Below, in pieces: positions 9,038 through 17,984 of a DNA stretch of 37,214 bases. The notes beneath the pieces were generated by a model. It did no database searches. It was not told the DNA's origin and saw nothing but the letters and a program-made list of their open reading frames with translations. Source of the stretch: a virus (lineage: Duplodnaviria > Caudoviricetes); IMG/VR virus record IMGVR_UViG_3300047308_000012, positions 1 to 37,214 of that record, one strand, 5' to 3'. Each line of letters starts with the position of its first letter. Position 1 is the first letter of the stretch. The position numbers and the translations under genes were made by a program.

Positions 9038-9349
9038 TTACGGTGCTGGTGTTGACCAAGGAGTGCCGGTGGCCATCACAGGGTTCTTTTGCAACTCGAT
9101 GTTTTGAGCCAAAGCAGCTTCAGTGGCTGTCTTGTCAACGCCGCCAGACCAGCACCAATCCAAAACCTCTTGCATGGTCACATCAGCGTAGGGGATTGTT
9201 GGTGCGGCCTCGGCAAAGCTGCAAGTGGAATAGATGGAGGCTGTGTAGTCGCCATCAACAGCAGAGGCAGTCCAGTGGGCGGTCGTAATAAAGCCGTTGG
9301 CGGTTTCGTAGTTGGTTTGGGTGATAACCCAGTTGTATGCGATGGTCAT
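9038..9349 (-). CDS. Fibre-associated hypothetical protein (possible assembly chaperone)
   Basis: 103 aa; AHWTASAVDGDY...IPYADVTMQEVLDW...GTPW; follows the fibre gene. Confidence 0.7.
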   Translation of the reverse strand: MTIAYNWVITQTNYETANGFITTAHWTASAVDGDYTASIYSTCSFAEAAPTIPYADVTMQEVLDWCWSGGVDKTATEAALAQNIELQKNPVMATGTPWSTPAP

Positions 9350-9368
9350 GGTGATTTCCTTTCAGGGG

Positions 9369-12113
9369 TTAAGGGTGCGATGCTTTGTAGGCATCGAATT
9401 CTGCTTTGAGTTCTTGCAAAGCCTTCATCAAGGCATATTGCAAATCAGTCTGGTAAATCGACAGGCGCTGTTTAGGGTTGTCCTCAGTACCCCAATTGCT
9501 TTCCATGACCAACTCAGGCGCAACAGATTGAACGTCTTGTGCAACCACACCCAGCGTCAGTCCACCGTCTTCTTCCATGTTCTGGTCGATGTAGTTGAAC
9601 GTCTGCACAGGAATAGCGCAGATGGTTTCAAGGTAAGACTTAGCAGGTGCAAAGTTGGTCTTCTCTCTACGGTCTGAAAGGTTGACATCATTTGCGCTGA
9701 AGTTGGCAATTCCGCCGTTAGAGCGAACAGCAAATCGAGTGGATGAAGTATCGCCAGCAAAAATAAATTCATTTCCAGTTCCATTTGGGGCTGCACTAGA
9801 AAATTGAATGTAATGCCCTCTTGGAGTTGCGGAAGTGTTTACTGTTCCCGCAGCAAATAATGTCGTACTTGCTGATTGAAGCACATGAATACAAGATGGA
9901 TTTGAACTCGTAGTCCCTACTAGCAAATCACCCGCGCTGGTGATACGGGCGCGTTCGGAGCCGTTAACGTCAAAAGTCATCGACCTAGTAGACGTAGCGC
10001 CAAGCGATACCAAGTTGGCATCGGTGTACAAATACCCTGCTGCCACACCAGCAATTCCTAGCCCTAAAATTGCAGTAGATGCACCGTTAAGAGTAATGTT
10101 GCCTCGATTGGCTGTGCTGTAAAGAGGGGAAGTAGTCCCCACCATAAAGTTCCCACTCGCATCCAGCGTCATCGCCTGAGTAAAGCTAATAGCGTTACCT
10201 GCTGTGCCGGAGGCTGCTGTGCGCCAAACGTGAGAACCCGCTGTTTGGTAATAATCTGATGCTGCTGCGGTGTTAATGTAATTGTATGTGCCTGCTGCGT
10301 TGTACAAAGCATTTTGCGCCATCTCAATTGCGCTAGTGCCAAACGTCCACAAAGACCCGCCCGGTAGTTCAATTGCTTTGGCGCTGAATGATGTATTCCA
10401 AGCACTCGGAGTAACTCCCAAGCCGAGGTTGCCGGAGGAGTCGATAGTTAGTCTAGGGCTTGAACTTCCTGAATAATTTACCCAAAAACCTAACGAATCA
10501 GCTGAATGGTTGTATTGAATAAAGCCTTGATATGATGCCGCACCAGTTCCGTCAGCAAAACTAAGGTTACTTGAGTCGGCACTGCCCCCGTAAATGGTAA
10601 TACCTTCCGAGCCAGAACCAGTTCCTACAACTAGATTGTTTGCAAAACTATCAAAACTGCCCGGAGAAGTTGTTCCAATACCCACGCTGCCAGCTGAGCT
10701 AAAAGTGGCACGAACTGTATTGGTGGTGCGAATGTTGAAATCACTTCCGCTTGTTGTGCCAACAAAACTATCGCTAGAAACGCCACACTCAAGCATTACT
10801 GCTGTTCCAGCAGGGTTAGTTATTCGCACCCCCTTAGTCCCGTCAACCGCCGCGTTTGCAACACTAATATCTAATTTAGCCGCTGGCGAACTCGTCCCAA
10901 TACCCAGACCTGTGGTGGTCAGGCGCATAGCTTCGGAGCCAGAAGCAAGCCATTGATGACTGTCTACGTTGATACCTGTACGAGCCAAAATGTATGCGTT
11001 CTGTCCGTCAGAAAGCGCGTCATTTAATGCGCGTAAACGAAGCAGTCCAGCCCCCACACCTGTTCCATATTGAAAAGACCAAATCTTCTGGTCTGTTGCG
11101 CTTGTTGTGTCAGACAATCGCAATTGAGCAAGTGTAGGAGCAGCAACACCAAAAACCGTCCCATCAAACGTCAGCGCACTCCCCGTAGTCAGGACTTTGC
11201 TGCCGTTGAGGTAGGCCACGCCGTTGGCTGTGCCAGCGTTGAGCGTCACTGTGCTGGATGTGGTCAGGGTGGTGAAAGCACCAGCGCCGTTGTAGGCTGA
11301 CAGATCAAGTGTGCCGCCCAGAGTCAGGTTGCCCGAGGTCGTGACTGTGCCGGTCAAAGTCAAGCCACTTACCGTGCCTGTGCCGCCAACGGACGTGACT
11401 GTACCCCCGCCGTCAGTCGTCCACTCAAGAGCCGTTGCACCTGAGTTCAAGCCCAAGCGTTTGTTGCCGTTGCCTGTGTAGGATGGCAACAGGTTTTGAA
11501 TGGCTGCTGCGGCTGTTGTGGCCGCAGTGCCGCCCGAGGCAATAGCCAAAGTGGCAGAAAGACCTGCCGCTGTGCCAGTGGTGTTTTGGTTAAAAGTAGG
11601 CCAAGTGAATGTGCCCGAACTGAAATTACCTGATGTGGGTGTGCCAAGCGCAGGGGTTACAAGCGTGGGCGAGGTAGACAGCACCACAGAACCAGAACCT
11701 GTGGAAGTAGTTACACCTGTACCGCCATTAAGCACAGGCAGTGTGCCCGTCACGCCAGTAGACAGGGGCAGACCAGTCAGGTTGGTGGCTGTGCCGGACG
11801 AGGGTGTGCCCAGTGCGCCGCCGTTGACCAAATAAGAGCCAGCAGGCTGTTTGGCGTTGAACGTGGTCCAGTCGGCAGAGGTCAGGTAGCCGTTAACCGA
11901 ACTTGTTGCCGCAGGCATACTGATCGCAGGCGTAGAACCGCCACTGGACACCACCGGGGCCGTGCCAGTAACAGCAGTAACTGCACCTGCTTTGGCTGCA
12001 ATGTCAGCAACCGTGGTTTTCTTAGTCGTGCCGCTTTGGACCAAAGGCACTTCTTCAGTGCCTGCCAGCGGGGTGGTAGCTGCTGGCAGTTGGGAAATTT
12101 TGATGTCTGCCAT
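9369..12113 (-). CDS. Long fibre protein with S74-like C-terminal chaperone
   Basis: 914 aa; MADIKISQLPAAT start, repeated (R)xxSxGxxGIGTxSP units, SDRREK...GVVAQDV...ALQELKAE C-terminus. Confidence 0.85.
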   Translation of the reverse strand: MADIKISQLPAATTPLAGTEEVPLVQSGTTKKTTVADIAAKAGAVTAVTGTAPVVSSGGSTPAISMPAATSSVNGYLTSADWTTFNAKQPAGSYLVNGGALGTPSSGTATNLTGLPLSTGVTGTLPVLNGGTGVTTSTGSGSVVLSTSPTLVTPALGTPTSGNFSSGTFTWPTFNQNTTGTAAGLSATLAIASGGTAATTAAAAIQNLLPSYTGNGNKRLGLNSGATALEWTTDGGGTVTSVGGTGTVSGLTLTGTVTTSGNLTLGGTLDLSAYNGAGAFTTLTTSSTVTLNAGTANGVAYLNGSKVLTTGSALTFDGTVFGVAAPTLAQLRLSDTTSATDQKIWSFQYGTGVGAGLLRLRALNDALSDGQNAYILARTGINVDSHQWLASGSEAMRLTTTGLGIGTSSPAAKLDISVANAAVDGTKGVRITNPAGTAVMLECGVSSDSFVGTTSGSDFNIRTTNTVRATFSSAGSVGIGTTSPGSFDSFANNLVVGTGSGSEGITIYGGSADSSNLSFADGTGAASYQGFIQYNHSADSLGFWVNYSGSSSPRLTIDSSGNLGLGVTPSAWNTSFSAKAIELPGGSLWTFGTSAIEMAQNALYNAAGTYNYINTAAASDYYQTAGSHVWRTAASGTAGNAISFTQAMTLDASGNFMVGTTSPLYSTANRGNITLNGASTAILGLGIAGVAAGYLYTDANLVSLGATSTRSMTFDVNGSERARITSAGDLLVGTTSSNPSCIHVLQSASTTLFAAGTVNTSATPRGHYIQFSSAAPNGTGNEFIFAGDTSSTRFAVRSNGGIANFSANDVNLSDRREKTNFAPAKSYLETICAIPVQTFNYIDQNMEEDGGLTLGVVAQDVQSVAPELVMESNWGTEDNPKQRLSIYQTDLQYALMKALQELKAEFDAYKASHP

Positions 12114-12122
12114 TGCAGCCCC

Positions 12123-12392
12123 TTAATCGTATGCGACTGTGAAAGAGGCCGAGGTTCCGGCCAGAACGATGTACAAGCCCTTGTTGAAGAACAAACCAGC
12201 AGGAATGTTCAAGTAGGTCGTGCTTGCCGCCACTGCAAACGTGTCCACAATTTTAGGATCGCTGGCGCTGGACGCCTGCGAGTCGTAAATGGTCAAAGTG
12301 CCGCTGGAGGAGGCAGAAACAAAAATGCCGAGCAGCTTGCCAGCGCCGACTTTGATTTGCGTGGTTGCGGATGCTTGGGTGTAATTAGCCAT
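12123..12392 (-). CDS. Small beta-rich virion protein
   Basis: 89 aa with AAGGA RBS; GTLTIYD...GLFFNKGLY. Confidence 0.65.
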   Translation of the reverse strand: MANYTQASATTQIKVGAGKLLGIFVSASSSGTLTIYDSQASSASDPKIVDTFAVAASTTYLNIPAGLFFNKGLYIVLAGTSASFTVAYD

Positions 12393-12400
12393 GATGGTCC

Positions 12401-12763
12401 TTAAGCGAGGAAGCGGAGTTTGTACAGGGTTGAAAGATAAAGCTCAATGATATTATCTATGAGTTGCTGCAAAGTCATATCGTCTTTGCCACAAACCTCA
12501 AACCTGCCCTTTTCGATCTCGTCAAGCTGGGCTTGCAAGAACTCGATGATGTTGGTTGTCTTTTTGGCCGCAGGGATGGGGATCGGGCCAATCAACCCGT
12601 GACGGCCTTGGTAGGCTTCTGCAAAAGCATCGGCGTGGTCGATGATGCTGTCGTAAAACGTGTTCAAGGCCACATGCTTGGAGTAGCTGCGGGTGTTCAG
12701 GTGAACTGAATGGGCCACATTGCGGCCCAAGAACAGCAAACCCATTAACTGTGCTGCGGTCAT
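12401..12763 (-). CDS. Ferritin/Dps-like four-helix protein (DUF5856-like)
   Basis: 120 aa; AHSVHLNTRSYSKHVALNTFYD...DAFAEAYQG...LYKLRFL. Confidence 0.65.
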   Translation of the reverse strand: MTAAQLMGLLFLGRNVAHSVHLNTRSYSKHVALNTFYDSIIDHADAFAEAYQGRHGLIGPIPIPAAKKTTNIIEFLQAQLDEIEKGRFEVCGKDDMTLQQLIDNIIELYLSTLYKLRFLA

Positions 12764-14952
12764 TGTGGCATTCCCTCCATTGGCTGCGGCATCTCAGGCA
12801 TACCCTCCATGCCCACGTCCATCTCTTGACCCGGCATCTCTGGAATCCCGTTCAGTTGACCGTTGGACTCCATCGCAGCCGCTACCACACCCATTGCGAT
12901 GTCTTGAATCTGCTGCTCGTTCATGCCCGCTTGAGTGGCTGTAATCCGCTGTGTTTCGGCCTGATAAGCCTTGATCTCAGCTTCATAGTCTTTGCGGCGC
13001 TGCTCTTGCACCTCAATTGACTTGCTCACGTTTTGCAGCATCTGGTGCATTTGCTCCATCTCAGCACCCATCGCCTCGATTTGCTGCTCTGCCGCTTGCA
13101 ACTCAGGTGATTTGTCTTCGCTGGCCAAGAACTTGGGATCAATCGTCTTCTTGAACCGGGCCGACATCTCTTGAGCACCGGGCCAGTCCATGTTCTTGAC
13201 AAACAGATCGCCAGCAACAGTCCACAACTGTGGGTTGCCTTGCAGCAACTGAGCCATTGCTTCCAGTGCCTCTTGGCGCTTGGTTGCGTAGCCCGGACCA
13301 GTTGTAGCCACGACATCGTACTTGCCAACGCCGGGGTTGTAGATTTTCTCGATGACGATGCCTTCTTGGTCAACGATTTTGTTGACTGGCTCGGTCTGCT
13401 CCGGGTTGATCTTGACCATCTTGGTCTCGCCGTCTTCACCAATGATGCGGGCGATACGCTGTGTGTCGTAAATCTTGGGGATCAAGTCCACCAACTGACG
13501 GGCCACGTGGCGCACGGCGCGGGTGAGGTTGTCACCGTAGTGATACGTGCCCACATCGCCCTCACGCTGACGCGCAAGAATGGCTTTGCCCGAACGCTCG
13601 TTAGAACCCATGCCCAAAGATGCGTTGTATTGTCCAGTGGTGGACTTGATGTCTTCAGAAGCGCCCGCTTTGGCCTGCAACAGCCCGCTGGAGGCCATTG
13701 GTGGCTGTGCCCGCTGTGGCAGTGGCAAAATTGCACCTTGGCCGTCTGTAACGTCTGGATTGACCTCCAAATACGGCCAGTTTTGGGTGTTGGCGGTCTT
13801 CCACTTCTCCTCATAGCCCTCAAACTGGCCACCGTAGCCAATAAATGGGGCTTTGGGGGCCAGCGCCAGCATTTCAGCCTCTTGGCTGACCCAGTAGTTG
13901 TACATGCGCTGGGCGTCTTTGGCGTTACGCACCAAGCCCGACACATAAAGACGGCCATCAACCTCAAATTCGTTGCCGACAACACGGATCACAGGAATCC
14001 ACTTGCCCGCCCACTCTTTTTCTTCAAGGATTTCGTAGCCGTTGATCTTGCAGTAGCGCACCCGTGGGCGCTCGGACATGCGGCTGTTCTTAGGCTTGCC
14101 GTAGACGGCCTTCAAGTCCTTGTCCTCGCGTGTGCCTTCAAAGGCAGTCACGTTGCCGGGGTACAAATTCAGCGTTGTTTTGTCGTAGTCGATGTAGTAA
14201 TACCCTGCAATACGCACGGTGTCTTCGTTCAGCCAGTTGCTGATCGACTGGTCGCCCACACCCAGCGATTGCAAGGTGGAAATCGGGGCTGCGTCAGGAT
14301 ATTGACGCTCGTATTCGGCTTTTGTGATGTCTTCGGTGATAAAACACCACTCGGCGTCTGCGCCAGTGGGGTCTTGGATTAGCGGGTCCATGTAAACCGA
14401 GAAGGAATTACGCACCCGACCGATTTTGATGTCTTGATCGAAGGTGTTTTCGTCGCAATACTCGGTCATCAGGGTGATGTACCCCTCGCCGTAAGACACT
14501 TGGTTCTCGCAAGCGGTGTCGTAGGCAACGTCAGCGTCCGAGATGTACTCGATGTGACGAATCATGCCGTTGAAGACCTCGGCCACTTCCACATCGGCGT
14601 TGTCATCCACGGGGATGACTTTCGCGCCGGGGCGGTTTTGCCGCATGTCGTTGGTAACTTGACGGACGTGCTGGGGCAGCTTGTTGATGGTCAGGCAGGG
14701 ACGGGCGTTGATGGTCTGACCCTGCACCGCGCCACGGGTGGCCAGCACATCGGCAGGCCACTGCCAGTGGTTGTCAGGTGAGCCAGCGTAAAAGCGCAGG
14801 TCGTCGATCTCGTCTTCGCGGCTTTCGGCAAGGGCTGAAATGGCCGTGTCCAGACGGGCACGGGCAACAGTCAAAATGTCTGAATCAGATTTCGGGGGTT
14901 TGCCACCAGCAGCTACGTTAGCCGCTGCGACCATGCCAGTTGGGTCAGCCAT
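12760..14952 (-). CDS. Portal protein (P22 gp1-like)
   Basis: 730 aa; RPCLTINKL, GLVRNAKDAQRMYNYW, SGKAILARQ, GKYDV...GPGYATKRQEA. Confidence 0.92.
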   Translation of the reverse strand: MADPTGMVAAANVAAGGKPPKSDSDILTVARARLDTAISALAESREDEIDDLRFYAGSPDNHWQWPADVLATRGAVQGQTINARPCLTINKLPQHVRQVTNDMRQNRPGAKVIPVDDNADVEVAEVFNGMIRHIEYISDADVAYDTACENQVSYGEGYITLMTEYCDENTFDQDIKIGRVRNSFSVYMDPLIQDPTGADAEWCFITEDITKAEYERQYPDAAPISTLQSLGVGDQSISNWLNEDTVRIAGYYYIDYDKTTLNLYPGNVTAFEGTREDKDLKAVYGKPKNSRMSERPRVRYCKINGYEILEEKEWAGKWIPVIRVVGNEFEVDGRLYVSGLVRNAKDAQRMYNYWVSQEAEMLALAPKAPFIGYGGQFEGYEEKWKTANTQNWPYLEVNPDVTDGQGAILPLPQRAQPPMASSGLLQAKAGASEDIKSTTGQYNASLGMGSNERSGKAILARQREGDVGTYHYGDNLTRAVRHVARQLVDLIPKIYDTQRIARIIGEDGETKMVKINPEQTEPVNKIVDQEGIVIEKIYNPGVGKYDVVATTGPGYATKRQEALEAMAQLLQGNPQLWTVAGDLFVKNMDWPGAQEMSARFKKTIDPKFLASEDKSPELQAAEQQIEAMGAEMEQMHQMLQNVSKSIEVQEQRRKDYEAEIKAYQAETQRITATQAGMNEQQIQDIAMGVVAAAMESNGQLNGIPEMPGQEMDVGMEGMPEMPQPMEGMPQ

Positions 14953-15187
14953 TCAGGACTCCTAATACGTGAGGTTCGCGCATTACGACATAGTTCTTGC
15001 CGCCATGCGCGAATTCTTGCCCTACGCCGAAGTATAGGTGATCGCCAATTTTCAGTTCTTTGCAGTCAGGGCCAGCAGCCACAACTATACCGGTTTCCTG
15101 TTTTTCTGTCGAAAGTAGCTCAAGAAACGCATGTTTTTCAACGTCACGTTCGATGATCAGGCAGTTCTGCATGGCGCGAAGGGTCAT
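14945..15187 (-). CDS. groES: GroES/Cpn10-like co-chaperonin
   Basis: 80 aa; GIVVAAGP...LKIGDHLYF...GKNYVVMREPHVLGVL matches the Cpn10 pattern. Confidence 0.75.
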   Translation of the reverse strand: MTLRAMQNCLIIERDVEKHAFLELLSTEKQETGIVVAAGPDCKELKIGDHLYFGVGQEFAHGGKNYVVMREPHVLGVLNG

Positions 15188-15342
15188 TTTTTAGCCTTCT
15201 TGGCCGTCTTGGCAGAGTCTTTGAAGTCCTTGGCAGTGGGCGCACCGGCAGTGCCGGGTTTGCGCATCTTCTTGCCCGAGCCAGCGGCGATGCGTTCGCG
15301 TTTGGCGTTGATATTCGCATAGAGTCCGGGTTTAGTAGCCAT
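15184..15342 (-). CDS. Small basic protein (52 aa), not in the ORF track
   Basis: MATKPGLYANINAKRERIAAGSGKKMRKPGTAGAPTAKDFKDSAKTAKKAKK; TAATG overlap with terL and ATGA overlap with groES. Confidence 0.8.
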   Translation of the reverse strand: MATKPGLYANINAKRERIAAGSGKKMRKPGTAGAPTAKDFKDSAKTAKKAKK

Positions 15343-16886
15343 TATGATCCCATCCATCCTGTTGATGCCATGCCGCGATCTGCGCTGATTGTGCGCTTTA
15401 CGCTGCGGGAATTGTACTCGCGTGATGCCACGGGGTACGCAAACGTCACTGCAATGGCGTCTGCTGCGTCTGGAGATGCAACCCCACGGGCCTTCATCTC
15501 CTTTTTACCTTCCAAGAAGATAGTGCCTGCCGAGTTGGGCTTCTTCATCGGGCCGGTCAGGTCGCTCTTGAGCAACCGGTCCTGCGGCAAACTGGCCGTT
15601 TTCACCCAATCGCGCATGGCTCCCCAAATCTCAGCCCGCTTGTTACCCCACATCACGGGGTTCTTGGCTTTCCAGCCAAAGTTGACCCCGCGCACTTTGT
15701 ATCGCTGTTCGTTGAGTCTGTCAAGGATGCCGTAGCCCAGCCCACCCTCGTCAATGACGGTCAATGTCGGCTTGTACTCGTCGATGGCATCAATCACGTG
15801 GCCCACCACGCTCATGGTGTCCTCACCCTTGAACCGTTTGATCGCCACGATGTCCCGCCCTTGGCGCACGGCAATCACGGTGCTGTCCATGCCCCCACGG
15901 GCCGGGTCCACGCCGATGACGATGGGGGCAGTCATGTCCTTGTGCAGTGGCCGTTTCATGGCGTCATCGACCAAGTGAGGTGCGATGAACTGGTCTTGAC
16001 CACTCTTAGGGAAATCCCCATACACCTCGACACGGGCCTCGTCGCTGTCCTCGCCGTACTCGTTGATGATCTGCTGGTAGATCGACTTGTCGGTCCCTTC
16101 GACCGTGCGGGCGTCAATCTTCTCGCTCTCCCAAAAGTCCCGCTTGCTGCCGTCCACGGCCTCGTAGAAGTACCCGGTGTTACGCCGTCCGTTGCTAAAC
16201 GCTAGCCAGTACCGGTCCAAGATGTTCTCTGTAAAGAAGCCCGCAGCCACGGACCAGATGCTGTCCGGGATACCACTGGCCTCGTCAAAGATCACCATCA
16301 TGCCGTCCATGTTGTGTACACCGGCGTAGGCGTCTGGGTTCTCCTCGGACCACAGCTTACCCTCAGCGCCCCAGTACCGGGTGCCTTTACGCAGGTCACG
16401 CTCAACCAGATCAGTCAACCAGTTGGCCGGGTTCAGGCTCGTGGCAGTCGGCTCCCACCAGTGCGCGTTGATCGCCATCGTGACCCATTTGGTCAACTCA
16501 CCCCACGTCACTTTACGCAACTGGTTCTCGCTGTTAGCCGACACGATGACGCTTGACCCAATCCGGGTCGACAGCATCCACAGGATCAGCCACGACACGA
16601 GGGCCGACTTCCCCACCCCTCGTCCTGACGACACGGCCCGTCTGAGTGCGTCGATCAACTCGTCGTTACTCAGCTTGCCCTTGTTCGTGCGAATGAAGTC
16701 CGTGATCCTGCGCAGTGCTCTGCGCTGCCACGCCCGAGGTGCCTTGAAGTGCTCAAGGGGTGTGTTCTTCTGCCCCCAAGGGAACACAAACAACACGAAC
16801 GCCTCCGGGTCGTCCTTGATAGACGGACTCCAAAGCTGCGCCATGAGCAACTGTTCTTCTTCAGCCGAGTATCGAAGTTTCTGCAT
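15342..16886 (-). CDS. terL: Terminase large subunit
   Basis: 514 aa; Walker A SGRGVGKS, Walker B IFDEAS, nuclease GVDPARGG and SPDAADA. Confidence 0.95.
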   Translation of the reverse strand: MQKLRYSAEEEQLLMAQLWSPSIKDDPEAFVLFVFPWGQKNTPLEHFKAPRAWQRRALRRITDFIRTNKGKLSNDELIDALRRAVSSGRGVGKSALVSWLILWMLSTRIGSSVIVSANSENQLRKVTWGELTKWVTMAINAHWWEPTATSLNPANWLTDLVERDLRKGTRYWGAEGKLWSEENPDAYAGVHNMDGMMVIFDEASGIPDSIWSVAAGFFTENILDRYWLAFSNGRRNTGYFYEAVDGSKRDFWESEKIDARTVEGTDKSIYQQIINEYGEDSDEARVEVYGDFPKSGQDQFIAPHLVDDAMKRPLHKDMTAPIVIGVDPARGGMDSTVIAVRQGRDIVAIKRFKGEDTMSVVGHVIDAIDEYKPTLTVIDEGGLGYGILDRLNEQRYKVRGVNFGWKAKNPVMWGNKRAEIWGAMRDWVKTASLPQDRLLKSDLTGPMKKPNSAGTIFLEGKKEMKARGVASPDAADAIAVTFAYPVASREYNSRSVKRTISADRGMASTGWMGS

Positions 16887-17458
16887 CAGTCGTTCTCCAA
16901 TCTGGGCGTTACATCCGATACGTCAATCACTTCCGCACTGATCACTCTGGCCTGCGCCTGTGCCAGCGCCTCAGTGATCGAGATGCTCCCGCCAAGCTCC
17001 ACCTGCTTGACCTCGCCGTACCGCTTCTTGTTGTGCGCACTCATGAGCCACTTGCGCGTGTCGATGCGCAACTTGTCCCTGTTCACGGTGTCGTTCGATG
17101 TGGGGTCAATGGCATCTACGCCATCGGCAATCTCTAGTATCTCCCCAGCCAGAAACTCGGTACGCATCTCCTGCGCTTCCTTGAACCGTTCATGGCGAGT
17201 GGGGTCACGCTTGACCCAGCGCAAGAAGTCCTCATACGACTCAACCCGGTGGTCATCTTGCACCAACGATTGCAGTGACCTGCCCCGGTACACATCTTCA
17301 ATGACCCGTTCAAATATCTGCTCATACTCAGCGTGCAGCAACGCCCGTGCCTCCTTGGATATACGAGGTGGTTTAAGGTCAGGCACGGACAGCCAAGACG
17401 GTAGCGGTGATTCTCCGGTGACAACCGTGCCTACGAATTGAGGGTCTGCTTGATTCAT
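16886..17458 (-). CDS. terS: Terminase small subunit
   Basis: 190 aa; HTH region then ILEIAD...RDKLRIDTRKWLMS...KRYG; abuts terL. Confidence 0.85.
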   Translation of the reverse strand: MNQADPQFVGTVVTGESPLPSWLSVPDLKPPRISKEARALLHAEYEQIFERVIEDVYRGRSLQSLVQDDHRVESYEDFLRWVKRDPTRHERFKEAQEMRTEFLAGEILEIADGVDAIDPTSNDTVNRDKLRIDTRKWLMSAHNKKRYGEVKQVELGGSISITEALAQAQARVISAEVIDVSDVTPRLEND

Positions 17459-17467
17459 AGTTTTGTG

Positions 17468-17497
17468 ATGCTATCACATGGATGGGTTTTGTGTCTA
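17468..17497 (-). promoter_or_regulatory. Putative late promoter for terS (near-leaderless transcript)
   Basis: TAGACA-18 nt-TAGCAT with extended -10 (TGTGA-TAGCAT); -10 ends 10 nt before the ATG; no SD. Confidence 0.5.
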
Positions 17498-17501
17498 GAG
17501 A

Positions 17502-17984
17502 ACCCATTGGGTTTTTAGTTTTGAAAAAATTTTCACAGGTTCTGTGATGCCTACGTAGCCGTGACCCCGACCCTTTCGGCCCTACCCCCTCCCCCCTGAG
17601 TCACCACACCCACTGGGTTCAAGCATCCCAAGCGTTAATCCATGCACCAACGCACCAGTAAACCCAATGGGTCAAAGGTTCCAGAGTGCATCCCCAGTGG
17701 GTTCGAGTGAGTGACCCAATGGGGCATTTAAGCGTGACCCAATGGGTGAAAAAGGGTCAATGTGACAAGTGACCCTTTCGCGCAGGCAAGGCGAAAAGAT
17801 AGACACTTTTTAAAATGGTCTTTTATTTTCAGAATCCCAGAATCAACGTCTCTGAGCAAAAGGGCAAGTTGTCACTACCTGACAGTTTGCTTACATTGAT
17901 ACCCAATGGAGCACACCCAATGGGTTAGGGTAAGCACTTAGAAGATATTTTCGTCTAAACCCTTGACACAGTGACCCAATGGGT
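17502..17984. repeat. Array of ACCCAnTGGGT palindromes
   Basis: Copies start at 17502, 17608, 17662, 17692, 17714, 17737, 17901, 17915 and 17974; an outlier is at 18761. Confidence 0.9.

Noticed and set aside
8988-9040. Programmed frameshift or read-through fusing the 103-aa and 71-aa ORFs
   Set aside because: No slippery heptamer; read-through is out of frame; the downstream frame has a TAA before the pseudoknot
9369-12113. Diversity-generating retroelement target
   Set aside because: No reverse transcriptase, and no template/variable repeat pair differing at adenines was seen
13171-14382. Long antisense ORFs (403 aa here; also 450-1763, 7272-7964, 20574-21242, 23921-24871)
   Set aside because: Shadow frames of well-supported genes, expected from codon bias; no RBS or protein motifs
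17502-17984. CRISPR or mini-array paired with the Cas4-like DUF2800 protein
   Set aside because: Repeats are only 11 nt with irregular spacing (14-164 nt); DUF2800 is a standard replication-module nuclease
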